DNA of 64,000 nucleotides from Hamiltosporidium tvaerminnensis FI-OER-3-3. Lineage: Eukaryota > Fungi > Microsporidia. Under the pieces are notes generated by a model. The model searched no databases. It saw only the letters and a program-made list of their open reading frames with translations, and was not told where the DNA came from. Of the stretch, positions 49,100-64,000 are shown piece after piece; the stretch's first letter is position 1; every line of letters starts with the position of its first letter. The stretch is from the NCBI GenBank assembly GCA_022605425.2, contig JAKIMF020000007.1:1240001-1304000 (forward strand). Reading direction: 5' to 3'. The translations under genes and the position numbers were made by a program.

Positions 49100-50650
49100 T
49101 TCATAAATTCATGATATAGATTTCTGAAATAAATGATGTTCGAGTTGAAAATAAAAAATACACTTTAAATATGAGATACACGAAAGATATTTAGGAAGAG
49201 ACGAATCTTCTTTTGAATATTCCGTCAGACGAACATAATTCTAATTTTATAGAAGAAGTGATACAAATAATAGAAAATTTCGTCAGGTATCGATATATGC
49301 TTGAGAGGAATAGATAGCCGCCCGATGTAGAATATTTTTTAATAATAGCATTTCCATAGATAAAATACGGCACATCAAAGCATTCGAAGCGTCATATTGT
49401 GGCAAGTAAACATAAGAATGCTTTTTCTTAGAATATTACTATGATATAAACTTTATAAAGGTATACAGTATAGAAAATATAAAGAGAGCTAGTGTAATAT
49501 ATTAGAGTTTTTCGCACAATAGATTGTAGCAAATATTGCATTTTCATATGCTTGAGATTAAGATGGAGCAAATAAGTTAAAAGATTATTAAATTTAGCAT
49601 AAATATAAAGGTCCTATATTTCAGCGTTTATATGAATTTAAGTAAACTTAAAGAGATTCTCTAATGTATTGCTTGGAAAAAAAGTGAATTTATACATCGC
49701 AAGAAATACGAAAAATTTACCCGAGTATCTATTTTTAAAAAATTTCTCTGCCTGCAAGAAAAATGTTATGAAATAAACACTAATATAAAATAAAACGACA
49801 AAATACTTCTTACTATAAATTTACAAATCCAAGACAAAACATATCTAAAGAGGCGGATGAGTTAGTCTCTTGTATTGATTAACATAAGTGTTCTTTGTAA
49901 AAGTATTATCCAATCCTTTTTGGAGCCATAAAGAGACCGAAATGTGCCAATATGATATAACCCATGACAATAATTGTATTTAAACTAACAAAACATCTAC
50001 GAATTATTGTCGAACAGTAAAGACAGATCAATTCCAAACAAAAAATCTATAATAACACAATTTATAATATAAAAAACAGCAATACTTTAACTATACGATC
50101 AAGTAAAAGAAAGCAAAAAATTATTGAGAAGTAGAAAAAAATGATATGAAACGATCTTCTTAAGAAAAGCCTAGATGTTAGATCTCTTACAACTAAAAAT
50201 ATTAATCAGAAATATTTTTTTACGAATTCAAAACAAGGATCCGCAAATTAGAAAACAACGATGAACGTTTATCTAAGCCTGCTTTATATTACAAGAGAGC
50301 TAGAAATTTTTAGTTATTGCTTTCAAATTAAAAATAAAATACAAAAAAATCTAAATCTAGCAAATAACCATATAAAATACTTTTCAATATACTTGATTGA
50401 GTTGTATAAACATCTTGATTCCGTAACGGTTTTAAGACCGGAGAATATAAAACAGAACAAGTCTTTTACTTATCTAGAAATAGATCTTATTAAAAAAATT
50501 AAGCAGTAAGTAACCAAATATTCAAATAGCGAAAAGATCGTCGGAAAACCCACAGAAGTTTCTGGATAACTAAAATCACGCACCAATAAGATTTTGTAAC
50601 AAGAAAAGAATCCTTTGAACAGTTCTTAACCTAAAAAATTTTTTGCATAT
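49100..50650 (+). mobile_element. Very degenerate RLE-type retrotransposon remnant
   Basis: Scattered in-order fragments: IEEVIQIIENF, RDRNV (~49932), LRPE, and an IDL...VT...EK-like segment. Confidence 0.35.
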
Positions 50651-52189
50651 CATATAGAATAGAAGCTCTTTATATGTTAAAATTACAATGTGTAAGAAAT
50701 TTAAAGCTACACAGATATTTTTATGGTTTTATAAAAAACAAAAATCTATATTTATGTTTAATCAGGATATAATTTGATTTTCTATCTTTTTTCTATAATC
50801 CAATGAAATATATTTGACCTGAAATATAAAGACCAGGCATTTGACCGAATTATATAGAAACTCATAACTCTGAAGTCTTGGTATGTAATTTTTAAATAAA
50901 TTTAATTAAATTTTAGTTCATATTTGATAACAAATTTTTTAATCCACATTACAAATGTAAAGATATAAATAATTATCATGATTTTAATCCTTTAGAAAAA
51001 TCATGTAATACTTTCAAAAAATTTAATTTGTATTTTTTATCAACCTCGATTATAGGAACACCATAACTATACATTTAAATTCATTTTTACGTACTAAATA
51101 TAATTAGAAACAAAAATTAAAAAAACCTGATTTTCTAATTTAAGCACAGTCAGAAGTTTGTTAAGATTAGAAAGTTCAAAAAAAAAGACATTTTTTTAAA
51201 GAAGTCTATTAATTTTTTATGAAATGAAGATTTGAACTTTTTTAAATTTCGTATATCAGGTATATGGTATATATTTTAAAAATATCTAAAGTATGTTTAA
51301 ACTATCACCGAGACTAAATATTTCTGATAGGATTCTATATTTATATGAATGTATGATATAATTATCAATGGTATGTACTAAGCTGGCTTTTAAAATGTAA
51401 ACATCTGTTTGTATAATTTTAATATGATTCTAACCGAAACTCACAAATTTGTAAACATCAATATTTCTTCCTTAAATATTTCACACTAATAGCATATTTA
51501 AATATTAATTATAAGTAAAAGAAGAATAGACTTGAAATCGCACCTATAAAAAACCTTACAGAAATATAATTTATCACAGAATTTCGAAAAATATTCATAG
51601 CTAAGATGAAAATTCTATCAAATAACCAAATAATTGTAATTTTTAGAATATAAGTTCTACTAATATATTTAAAATGATTTACATTTTAGATTTCCTTAAA
51701 TTTTTAAACAAGAAAATTGAAACCCCAAGTGAGTTACTCTATATATAAAAATCGTGACCTACACTTGTAAGCTAAATATTAATATGCTAGACCTTCTATA
51801 TCACATATATATCAATTAATAAAAAATCGTAAGAACATTTCAGAGAACTGGATTTATAAATTGCAAGAAGTCACTGTCTTTGTTTCTGTCTAAGTCGTGT
51901 TTTAAAAGATTATTTATAATTTTTCAAAAGAATATTTTTTAAGAAGCTTCATGTATAGAGTAGAATCGAATTTTATAAATAAATAAATCCTTTTAAATAT
52001 TTTAAATTATAAATTAAAGTATTTTCTCAAAACTAAATTCAATTTACCAACAAAAGAAACATAAATAACGACTATAAATTTTTTATATTATTTTGGAAAG
52101 AAATCCAATGATTATGATCTTGGCTTAAATGCATTTAAGATTCTTAATTGTGATTATTTAAAATAGTTTTTATATAAAATAGATTATTA

Positions 52190-52232
52190 TATCTTCAGCT
52201 TTAAAGCTATGCACGAGCCTTGGCCGCCCTTT
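52190..52232 (-). mobile_element. Isolated RTE-type 3' tail fragment
   Basis: Minus strand ggcggccaaggctcgtgcatagctttaaagctgaagat resembles the 3' ends at 23205-23245 and 60093-60125. Confidence 0.45.
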
Positions 52233-55200
52233 ATACAGTATATTACTTATAGATATCATAGACTTATATTACTTAAATAAAGTTATATATTAAAGATTAA
52301 ATTTTTTAAAATATTTTATTAAATAAAATTCTGGTTTTAAATTCTTTATAATTTTTACATTTTCTCAGCTTTTTTAACCAAAGTAGTTTCTTCTTTAGAA
52401 TCCAGCTTTTCATTTATGTTTATCCTAAGTTCATCTATCGTAGTTCCTCCCTTTTGAAAAAATTTAAAAAATAAATATTTAAACTATTTTATTTTCGAAA
52501 AGAAATTGAATATTCATCTCATACAAAAAAGAAAGCCAAAAAGAATAAAATAATATGACATCTAAAGTTTAAGAAGGCAAAAGTTTCCATTAATAAGCTT
52601 GGATAGCATTCTATATTTAAATCAACCCCACCTATACTTTTAGAATTTAAAAAAAAGAAATTGCTCATGTAAAATCAAATTATTATTTTAAATAACCACA
52701 AAATCTTAAAGAAAATTTATATTAAAGCAGAAATAAATACCAATAGATTATTATTTAGATAATTCTTTTTATATCTATGATTTTATAGTAATATTCTTTC
52801 ATTTTAAAAATTTTAAATTCAATACAAAAATACCTAAAAATTTATAAAATAATTCATTTTTGCAAGTTTAGAAGAGTAAAATTTTTTAAAGTAAAATGAA
52901 CAATATAATTAAATTTCAAATTAATATTTAGTTTTTTTATGTTTATAGTTTACGAACAGCATTTTTGTCTGCTGAGAAACATTATTTTCACCAAACCCCA
53001 TTGTCCCCGTTTTTAAGTTCTTTTTGAGTTTTTTTCTTGAAAAAAGAAGCCGTGAATAGATACTTTAAAATTTTTATATACATTTTCAAATAAGGAATAT
53101 GTTATAGTTGAATTTATCAAAGAAATATTTGTATAATCATAGATTTGGATAAATTTATAATGTTAAAGGCGATTGAAAATTCCCGATTCTAACAGACTTA
53201 AATTAGAATTTTATGATATATAAATAAAAATATACTTTATTTGTTTTAAATATATTTTTTGCTTGAAACTAGATGAAAAATAATTTATATAGCTTACATT
53301 CATAATTTCTATACTATTGGTTTTCTAATTGCTGTAATTTGTTCTTATAAGATAGATTTGAATTTTTTCAATCATGTAATATAGGCAATACATATTATCA
53401 TTAATTTAACACTTCTATCAAGGTTTACAGACAAAAATTCCTTGATTGAATTTAAAAACAAAAGAAATGCCTCATATAGGTAACCAGGAAACTTTCTTTA
53501 GCATGAATTATTCTGTCGACTTTATTTTAGTAACGATTTTTAAAATTATAAAACTTGTTTGAATTAATGACACCAAAGACTGAATATTTTGTAGATTTAG
53601 AAGAAAACGTATTCGCTAAATACATTAGTAAAAATATTTTGCAATATAACGACAAAAATGTGTTTTTCTAGTATATTATACCAAAGACAATATAACGATA
53701 AATCATACATTTTTTTTAATATTTTAATTTTTTTAATAGATTTACTTGAAGCGATAAATGTTAGATTTGATAATATTATTTAGAATTTAAACTAATCTAA
53801 TTTACATATTACCAACGCAAAAGTGTAGATAATAAAAGGAATTTTAAAACATTCAATGTATTTTTTTTTTGTTAAAATATTTTATGTTTTTATTTTAGTT
53901 CTACATAGCTTATATGTATATGGAGATATTCATCTATGAAAATCTTAAAAATCATAATAACAAGACTTTCAGACCGGTTTATTACTAGCAAATTTTATAA
54001 AACTGTTAGAATAATTCATAAGTCATATGTACACTATTCTCAATATTCAGGACTAGCGGATTTTTTAAAATAAATTTCTAAGCCAAAAAACTTGCAAAGA
54101 GCTTATTATATTTTATCTCTGTCTGTTTGTTAAAATGAAAATATTTTTTTTGATTTAAATAAAATTGATGATTAATTTATCTGTTTTTTTAATCAAATTT
54201 TATTTTTAAAGTGTCAAAATATAAGATTAAAATGCCAAAATAATCAACAAAGGCTGATTTAACTGATCAATTTTAGCAGATTTAGAGATGTCAAGTATAT
54301 TTCAATAAGTTTCCGTAAGAAATGATCACGAATTTCGACATTGTACAAGAATGTTCAAAACATGTACCGCCGATGAAATTCCAAAGTTTAGATAGCCAGC
54401 CACTGATACATCAATCTAGGATAAAAAAATAGCTACGTGGAGGGTGTACTTCCAGTAGCTTTGTATTCAAATGCTTACACTACCATGTAATTATATATTT
54501 GTCACTTTAGTAAAATGAAAATTTGAATTTTATTATATTTGGTCTGGTTTCAAATAAAAAATTTGTTGACATTATTCGTTTGAGTTTAAACATATAGGCT
54601 CGAGACTTTCTATGTGTTTGAACTATAAATAGCTTAAAAATCAATACGATCTGTTTTTTCATTAGAATAACAAAGCAGTTAATTTTAAGGAAAATTTTCA
54701 TTTTATTTTTTTTACAAATACTAAAATTTTTGATCTCAAAAATTACATCCTAAAAGATGATACCGAAGTAAATGCGTATCATAACTTCCGCAATTCATAT
54801 TTTAGATTTATAAAATTTTTATTTCAGAAATCTTCTTAACTTGACTAGTTATATAGAAAGATATATAGATAAGATTAATTTATATGTATAAAAATTGTAG
54901 CTGATTTAAATTATATCATTTACCAAAAAGTTCTGAAAAACCTGGAATTTTCTATGGCATGATCAGTCTAATAAACGCATGTATAAAATTTTTTGCATTC
55001 ATACGTTATATCCATAGACTTTCCTACGTAAAGCAACTCGGATTCGCCAGCACCTTTTTCATTTTTTTTCTTATGACCCTAATAATTAGATATTTAAAAT
55101 TATGTCTTAGACTAAAAAAATCAGCATAACATACAAGATTTTATAAATTGGTATATATTTATTACTTAATTTAAATAGATAAATCTTAATCGTTTTTTAA

Positions 55201-56329
55201 TCATATCTGAAGCTAATTTTACTAAGAGAGCTTACGAAACATAAAGTATTCTTTCGAAGTTGTTTATTTTCTAAGAATCTAAATTTTTTAAATAATTATA
55301 TTTACAGAACTTTATTTATAGTATTCATTTTTTTTAGCAAAGAAAAAACTTCATGATACTAAAGAGTTCAAATATATTTTGAATACGAATAACCGCGTTT
55401 TTTTACGCTTTATTTTTAAGAGATATTATTTTTTTAATTGCCTAAATTTAAAATTTTATTTTGTTTTTAGAAGGAGAATTTATAAATTTTGTTAAAATAA
55501 ATATAATCTTTGTACCTGATCTATATGTATCTTTGGATTTGCAGGTGAGATATATGTGATTATTCAGTTTGAGTCTTTTCTACTTTGGTGTAAATGGAAA
55601 TTAGAATAATAATTATCAACAAATAAAATTGGATTATCCAGAAGCGACTTAGTAAATTGGTTTGTAAAATTTCGTTACTTATTTCTGTAAGTAAAAAAGA
55701 TTTAAAAAAAATCAAATGTATCTACTCAACTTATACTTATTAAATGCTTATGTTTATGTGTCAAAAAAAATTAGTCGAAAATATATAAGCGGAAACGAAA
55801 GGATGGATATAAATGAAGGGAAAACTAATGTTCTAACTCTGTCTAATCCTAAAAAAAGACATTTAAATGGAACAACACAGATAACACACAAAACTGTAAG
55901 CTTAACAAACACCCAACAGGATTCTTTTCCTCCCTAGATAAAGTCTTTGTTTAAAAGTCGCTAATTTGAATGGCAAATTCTTGCACTCAGTCATTACATA
56001 TGAACCATTAAAATTATTTTAGAAAATGTCGAGTCATTAGTTCATCTTTATAAATTGCCTCAGATATACTTTTAGATATGTCAATAAAAATTTAAAGAAA
56101 ACCTACGAAAGGTTTGCTACGAAATTATCTGTTTCTAAAATATAAAGTTAATATACAGCTTCAGTGTCATCATTGCATAAAAATATAAAAAAATGGAGAT
56201 TAAAAGATTATATTAGCCCGGTACCGTAACAAGTAAAATTTTAAGTATCTAACAGAAAATATTTTCTGACTTATACATGTTCGTCGTTAACATTTTGAAA
56301 TAATTATGCAGGTAAAACAAATTCATCTT

Positions 56330-58330
56330 GGAAGAAAATCGAAGGGCAATTTTCCAACCCATCAACTTTAATACGAAATTGTAGATAAAAACTTGCTAGG
56401 ATGTCTTAATCGAATATGTAGTGTATATGTAGACTCATACATGCATTTGATATTTATGAAAGTGTGAATATCCTATAAAATGCTCAGGTTGTTATGATAA
56501 GCTTTCATTAAGAAAAGTTTAAATTTGTATGTAAAAAATAGAAACTAAATTACATAACTCTACTTTTCATAGAGTTTTCTTATTACCTATAGGTAAATAT
56601 ATTCGGTCGTTAGATAGTAAATCTTAAGACGAATATGCATTTTTTTTAATAATTAAACGTATCATTGATCTTTCTAAAGTCTTAGTAAAAATCATAGCTT
56701 TTAGGTGTCTTTGCAAAAGTTTTTAGATTTTGGAAGTATAAACTATCATTATAAAAATCAGATCATAGATTTATTCTAAAAGCTGCAACACCCAAGATCT
56801 TTTTATATGCTAAACTCCGCATATTTGTCTAAAAATGTAGTCAGTTGTAATTTTCTTGAGCATAAATGCAGAAGTTCAACATAATTATTATTATCTAATA
56901 CTATTCGTACAGGAAAATTTTTTAGCTCTTTGTAACAATTATTTTTAGAATATCTTCATTAGCTTTCAGATAAAAAGAATGCTGAAATTGATAATAAAAA
57001 ATATCTTTCCATAAAGCAACATTTAAACAATATATTTGTACTTTTTTATAAGTTTTACACAAAAAGAACTTAAACTGTCAGATTCTACTGTCGTTTGTCT
57101 CGAATCTCTAATGGCATACTACAAAAAGGGCTTTGCTTACAAATAAATCACTTCTCTATTCAACTACAAGTTATTGCAAAGAGTTAGAAATACATTTTTT
57201 AATTTATGAGACAACTGCAAGAAAATTGCTATAGCTACAAAATCAAAACGTGTAAGAGATTAGCAAGAAATTAGGAAGCAATCATAAATTTTGAAGTTAA
57301 CAAAAATATAAAAACGGCTTCTAAGCGACATAGATGGATGTCAAAAAAGTATAGGGAATATATGCTTGCATATCGATGAATATTTTGACAACTTTGATTA
57401 TATTTTTGCATGTTATGTTTCGCTTTAACAAAAATTTCTGTTTTTAGAACAACACGAAACAAAATATAAATATCCTCGTAGTATTCTAGATTCTCTGTTT
57501 AACTTCTTATATCTAGGGTTAAGGGTTATTTTTCTGCCGCAAAATTTCAGGCAAATGAGATGTAGTCATAAGACAAGCTTAAATCCGATGTAAAAAATTA
57601 TTCTAAATTTCGAATTAAATTAGGTATAAGACATCTGATTTTCCAGCAGAATTTAAGTTTCGAGCCGTATCTCGACCATAAAAATGCCATAGAAACTCGC
57701 AAACGAAATATAACTATTGAATGTTTAATTTACATGGTAGATATAAACACTTTCGGTAAATAAAGTATATATAAAATATTATCGGCGATGAAGCCATCGC
57801 TTTCCTCTAAATATCCAGAGTCATAATCATAAAAATATGTGTATTATAAAATATCCACACCATACTGCAAAAGTGTAGAAAAAGAACAAAATATTGCTTT
57901 ACATGCGCTAAAGGCTAAAAATTAAGTTTTGTGTGACCAATCATTCAATTCAGACACTAATATGATTTTTTATGAGAAAACGTTACGCTTCATATCTGTT
58001 GAAGGGCATAGGTATTTAACAGATATTTCTGCTTTAAACAAATCTTGATATTCCAGAGTAATTCTAAATTTTTGAAACACACAACAAAAACCAAAAGAGC
58101 AAGTGGAGTAAGCCACTCCGAATTGAAATTTTCTGCTAAAATGAGCTTTTATTTTATGAAAAGTATCAGAAAGAATTTAATCCGAAACAAATCCAAAATT
58201 ATTTGCGATTTCACTCAACGTTTATCAACAAAAGAGCGGATTCGTATAGAATAAAAAAGTTTTACGGGATGCAATTAGACAATTTCAAACAAGCTATAAA
58301 TAGATTATATAACACTTCTTATAAGAATCT
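56330..58330 (+). mobile_element. Very degenerate RLE-type retrotransposon remnant
   Basis: EIVDKNLLGCLNRICSVY and NIL*NAQVCYDKLSLRK resemble the family N-terminal region as I recall it; later IRNKSKII is RPD-region-like; heavily disrupted. Confidence 0.35.
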
Positions 58331-59904
58331 ATAAACATAAGCAAATTTGGCTTAGATATTTATCGAAATAAAAGATTACGAATAAAGATACTTAATTGAG
58401 GTATTTAGCAGTAAAAATACGAAAATAATACACATAACAAAATGATTAATTTGTTAAGACCCTTTTAAGCTGAAAATTTAAGGATTATTGGAAAACATGA
58501 AGATCATCCCGACTTTGTTTAATGAAGATAGAAAAGAAGCAGAGCGTAAAATATAAACAGAACAGAGATATCTCATATAGTTTCAGTTAAATATAAAAAT
58601 ATCTTGTTCGTATGCAAAAATTATGCTCATCTAAACCTCTTCGGTTTATAATTTTATTCAGGTGATGTATTAGATCTTACGACAGATTTAAGAATAATCA
58701 AAATACCAAAAATATGAACAAGTGGCTTTAAAAGAAAGCTTGATAAGTAATTGCAGATGTGGCGGCTAAAGTTTTTATTAGAATGTTGCACAAGATCTTA
58801 TATACGCCGCAAAAACACCATAAAACCATAGTTTCAAATTAATTATCTCTATTAAACTAATTTTACTGTTTGATATAGAAAAAACCGTGGTTTTGGCGCA
58901 AAAAAAAAGTATTATAACTTTTTGCCAAATTTGCTACATGATATTTTATTTCCTTTTTTGTTTATATTTGTGTGTCAAAAGAGCAAAAATGACAAATATA
59001 GGTACGAAAGAGAATATGTTATGCGACGATTCAAAAAAATTCATAAGACTAGATGACTTTTGAAGAATGTCTATCTCTATAATTCAATTTAATATTTTTA
59101 GCTTTTCAGTAAAAATTCGACACTTATTGTAAAATAAATGTTTCCTTAGTTGTATTTGAGTTATATTTTCCAAATCGAATTATGCTAAATTTCCTTTCTT
59201 TTTTTAATAGTCATCAGAAAAATCCATAGTAGAATTATTGTAATAGAAATATCAATATGAAAAAAACTCTAGTTCGCTATTCTTATCGAGTTTCTTTCAT
59301 AATTCGCAATATACTTTTGTATGTTGAATCTACAAATGAGAACAAGGGTTATTTTTATTTCCCGAGCATCTTCTAGAAACCGTCTATTATAAGCCAAAGT
59401 TTTTACAAGTTTAATACAGGAAATTTTATAGTGAATATTGTTTGGCGCAATAATTACAAACAAAATTTTATTGATACCTACATTAAAATAAAGATATATA
59501 TTTTTTCTGTAAAAAAAACAAGTGAAAGTGATATACATACTCTATTCTAGAATCAAGATACATTTATAAATGACCAAATTCATATAAAATCAATGACGCT
59601 TACATCAACATTATAATATAGCCTTAGATCGAAACATATATTTGCGACAATCAGATTTATATAACAGAAAACTCGTGTTATAAATCTGTCATAATACAAT
59701 TCATAATTATTGTGCAAATAAATTTGTAAACTAAATATTAAATTTTATAATTTTTTTAACATAAATGCTAGAAATAAAATTTATAACAATCTATTAGCAA
59801 GAGAAAACTCAGGTTTAAGGAAAAAGAATTATGATGCTGTATATAGCCAAAAATTATAAAATCGACAAAAATTTTCTATTTGATATTGTTGATATAATTA
59901 ATGT

Positions 59905-60128
59905 TTCCCACCATATAGGAAGCAAAATTAGCTTGTAGTATTTGAGATTATCTTAAGAGGCGACCAAAAGAAACTGGGCTTGCAGATTGGGCGTAGGGGG
60001 CTACACATCCTTAAAAACCACCTTGAAACTAAACTCAAAAATCAAACGAACTCACTGGATAGAAACCGATGAAGTGAGATTCTTGAAAATACCAAGGCTT
60101 GTGCAGGGGCTTTAGTTAGAGATAAATG
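59905..60128 (+). mobile_element. Second, older copy of the bipartite RTE-derived short element
   Basis: cccaccat..gcaaaattagcttgtagtatt..taagaggcgaccaaaag..ttgggcgtagg..cactgga..ccaaggcttgtgcagggg is colinear with the reverse complement of 23192-23426. Confidence 0.75.
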
Positions 60129-63100
60129 CATATTATTGCAGAATATTTATGTTTCCTATGTTTTTATAAACATTTACTACGTTTTTTGTTTTTAAACACT
60201 CTAAAATACCAATATTCTTTTCGCAAAGCTAAGGTGCAAAAAACAATGGTTACATTTTAAATGGCATAAAGGCACTTTTTTTTAAAAGGTAAAAAAATAA
60301 AAAGTTTTTTGTACAAAAAAACAAACATAGCACTAAATACATGCGAAAATTTTATTACCAGGTTATTTAATCTAAAACGATAAAATTTTGATGTCGATAA
60401 TGAATTTGTTAGAAATGAATCATTTCAAATGGCTTTTTTATCCAGATAATTCCTTCTTGAATATCATAAAACGAAAGCTATTAATTAAGTGAATTATATA
60501 AGATACAATAAGCGCATGGAATGTTGTGAAAGAAACAAACTGCATTCTATATCTGATTAATTTAATTTAAATATAGTATTTTTATGAACAATGCAGCCGA
60601 TTAATTTTTTTTTAAATTACATGATGAGAAAGCAACTATTAAACATAAACCCAGATTAGAAGTAAAATTTAAAGGGCAAAGTCCAACAAAAATGCTCAAG
60701 TAAGAAGTTTTTTTAACTATTTTTTTAGAAAAAATAAATTATGGTTAAGATAAATTCAGAAAAACATTAATAAATAAATGCATATTTCGACTTCTTTAAA
60801 CATTCTTGACTTTTTTAAAATTTAGTGGATTTAAAAAAAAATTTAGATTCATATGAAACAACCCAAAATTTTATGGTAACAAACAAAATTTTTATACTGG
60901 TTTTATGCGCGAGCCAAGAAATATAATTTCTAAAATTTACATTCGTGTTCGTATACGTTTAAACCTCTATATTAAGAATTAACAAACAAATAAATTGTTC
61001 GCTTTCAATATCTTTATTCCATTCAATTACAATCCTAGAAATCATCACACTAAATAATATTGCCGTCGAGAAAAAATACAAATTATTACAAAAATATATT
61101 TAAATGTAATCTTAGATTCAACTTATAGATATGTATTAACAAAAATAATATCAGCTGAAATATATTTTAAATTGTAAATAAATAAATATTTTATAATTTC
61201 TTTAGAGCATGATGTTATATATTACTATTTTGTAAGAATAATCTGTGTTATGAAAATACGCAACAACTCACAGAAAACCACAATTTATTCGTTTTACTAC
61301 TTTGAAATCACATGATATATTTTATTATAATCGAAAATTTCAAGATAAGATACACCACCTTAAAAATATACAAAGTCCTAAAAAGTTAATATAAACGAAA
61401 TTTTAGTCAATTTCTTTGCATATTTTCGGTTTAGTTAGTTATAAATATTAGTTGTAAAACAAGTAACAATTCCAAAGGCTTAAAATCATTTTTTTGGATG
61501 TAAAGTTTTACAACTGCGTTTTTTCTCCTAAAGTCTAAAAACTCTAAAAGAGACATGACTAATTCATGTATGATAAATTGAACGATTTTGACTTAATTTG
61601 TAAATTAATTTTCTTAAGATGAAATTTACTAAAAAAAACAAACAATCTGACGAATATATGTATACTCTGAGTACATTTTAGCAAGATCTTTTTTTCGGAC
61701 CAAAATGGATTTTTGATAAGTAATTTAGTTTGTATGAATAACATAAATAGTAGATTTATACTTTAAGTTCGCAGCAGAAGAAAAAATAACAAAAAGCAAA
61801 TTACGTATTTATTTTAAAATTGAAAAATGATATCATTTCAACAAATATATGTACTTTATTACAATGGGGTACGAACCGAAGCAACTTATAAAGCCTAAAA
61901 ATTTCAAATTATTATTAAAAAAAATCAAAGTACAAGTAATTGCAGTATAAAAGAGAGTAATTAGAGTTGAAATTTTATATTACAAGGCAAAAACAGATAT
62001 TTTTACGACAAAGTGAAGTTACAAATTCCATTTTAAAATCTTTTGTATAAATAAATTAACAAATTTATAGAACAAATCTTTTTTTTATTTATTTTGATAG
62101 CTCTAGCCTGACCTGAATCTTACTAAATCATATCTGATTCGATTTAATGACTAGAAACTTTATGAGCTATTGATTTAAAATTTAAAAAGGTTATCAGGTA
62201 TATGATTTCCACAAATAAATGATTAGATTTATTCTCTAAATGAAAAATTTTTTGCAAATGCCAAAAAATCTTCCACTATACAAAACTAAAGTAAAAGTTC
62301 TTTTCTATAATAGATTTTATAACTGTCAATATTGGAATTCCAGCTTTGCTTAGGTTGTAAAGTTTGAAGTAGATGTTTGCATATTTAACAGATTTATTAA
62401 CATACATGATTTAGTTATATACGAAAATATGAGATTTTTTAAAGTATTTATTTTTAAAAAATTTAAGTACAGCACATATCAAGAAATGTGTTATAAGAAA
62501 TTTATTCATGCTTCTATGAAAAATAAAAAGCTACTAATGAATATTGAAATAATATTTTATTTAGCAATATAACATAGATTTTTATGTTCCATATTTGCTA
62601 CAAGAAAATATCATCTTTGGTAAATATAAAAAGCCTTTGGCGTATGAATCAAATTTTACACATGCTTATTTTATAAAAATGAGAGATCACATTTTAAGTA
62701 GGAATGCAATAAAAAATCATCTATATTTATTCCTAAATCACTTCTCGATTTCCTTTTTTTTTATTTACGAGAAGCTTACATTTTAAGCAGCACCTTAGTT
62801 TTATTTGCTAATTATTTGCTAACAGATATTTTTTATATGTTTTAGATATTTTCTTATAGAAATTTTTTTGTTCGCTTTGCGTATGAAGACAATACCAAAA
62901 TAACTAATTGTTCAAGATATCTAATTCTATTTCATTTACTATGACTATCCTAAAAAGGTTCAATTGCCAATATATTTTCATTCCGAAATACAAAAAAAAT
63001 TCCGAACAACTTTACTTACATTTGACCAAATATTATCCAAAAATCTTTTTTACCTTTAATCTTTGTCATTCTTTCTGATATTAACCAAATGTTCTAGATT

Positions 63101-64000
63101 TTGGTCTAGTTATTCTTCTATACCTCTATTTCAAGGCTAAAAATATCGATATGCAAACAGCAATTCTGGTATTTCTATAGATACAAATAGCAAGCGCTGA
63201 AGCTGTAAGCTTTAATGCATCAAAACATTATTACCAAACTTGATATTTTTTTATTTATTATATAAGTTACTAACCAGAAATTGTTTTTTTATTCCTAAAC
63301 AATTTAAATTTTTAGACGCATAAAAATTCAATTTAAATTGCATATCCGCAAATCTAATTCAATTATAAAAGCACATAGCATTGAATAAACCAAACAAGCT
63401 AATTTAAATATTTTTATTTCTATTTGTATCGCAGAAAAAAGCAGAATCCATCAGTTTAAGATAATTTCTTTTATTCTTAAACAAAAATACGTTGTGAAAA
63501 TTCATTTTTAAATAATTCATATAATATTTCATTTTATTAACTAAAACAGACCTCGCTATATATACGTTTGTTTACAGGTAGGCATCGACTGAATTAAAAA
63601 CACAATTATTCAATAATAACATAACAAATTTTAGTTGTTACTTAAATTTATGATTATACAAGTAAGATACAAATCTACAAGCGAGTTTTCGTATAACATC
63701 TATAAAAAAATATCAAAAAGAATTGTTTACCCGATAATTGGCTTAATTTGTATCCAATATTTAACCTAATACACACATTCGAGTATATTCCGCACAAAAA
63801 TATATGTTATAAAACAGAATTTGATTTTATATTGCTTTAGCTCATGTGTTGTAACCTTTAAAGAATTATCTGATATATTTTAACAACATCTAAAATTTGT
63901 TTGAGCAGGGCACAGCGTTCATTTAGTAAAAACAAATAACCGATTATCTATCTTGGTACTAATACAACAATATAACTTCGAATTTAATTTAATCCAAAGA

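Noticed and set aside
57513-57527. ctagggttaagggtta as interstitial telomeric repeat
   Set aside because: Only ~2 imperfect units; expected by chance or part of a TE remnant.

Overview
AT-rich, gene-poor eukaryotic window. By inference it is from a large-genome microsporidian (Hamiltosporidium-like): genes are intronless, a CCC motif sits just upstream of most start codons, AATAAA lies at or next to some stops, and one protein carries an in-frame QHPV/GVN 30-bp minisatellite. Intact host genes cluster at 26-42 kb: FCP1 CTD phosphatase, an ABHD/YheT-type alpha/beta hydrolase, two SDT1/PHM8-like HAD nucleotidases and a thioredoxin. The first 15 kb holds three frameshifted paralogs of an unknown, probably secreted ~590-aa family (two form a near-identical, mosaic inverted pair) and a broken LRR gene. 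The rest is mostly transposon debris: restriction-like-endonuclease (RLE; R4/R2-type) non-LTR retrotransposon copies, a 5'-truncated RTE LINE, short bipartite RTE-derived elements and a full-length DD39D mariner. The most striking element is a ~730-nt non-coding, GC-enriched RNA-like retroposon present in at least 5 copies. Two copies each have a perfect 13-bp target-site duplication, and one of them is 5'-truncated. It has cUUCGg tetraloops, two crossing long-range helices (pseudoknot or switch) and compensatory base changes between diverged copies, so it looks like a mobile element whose RNA fold was under selection. All alignments were made by eye, and boundaries of degenerate elements are approximate.
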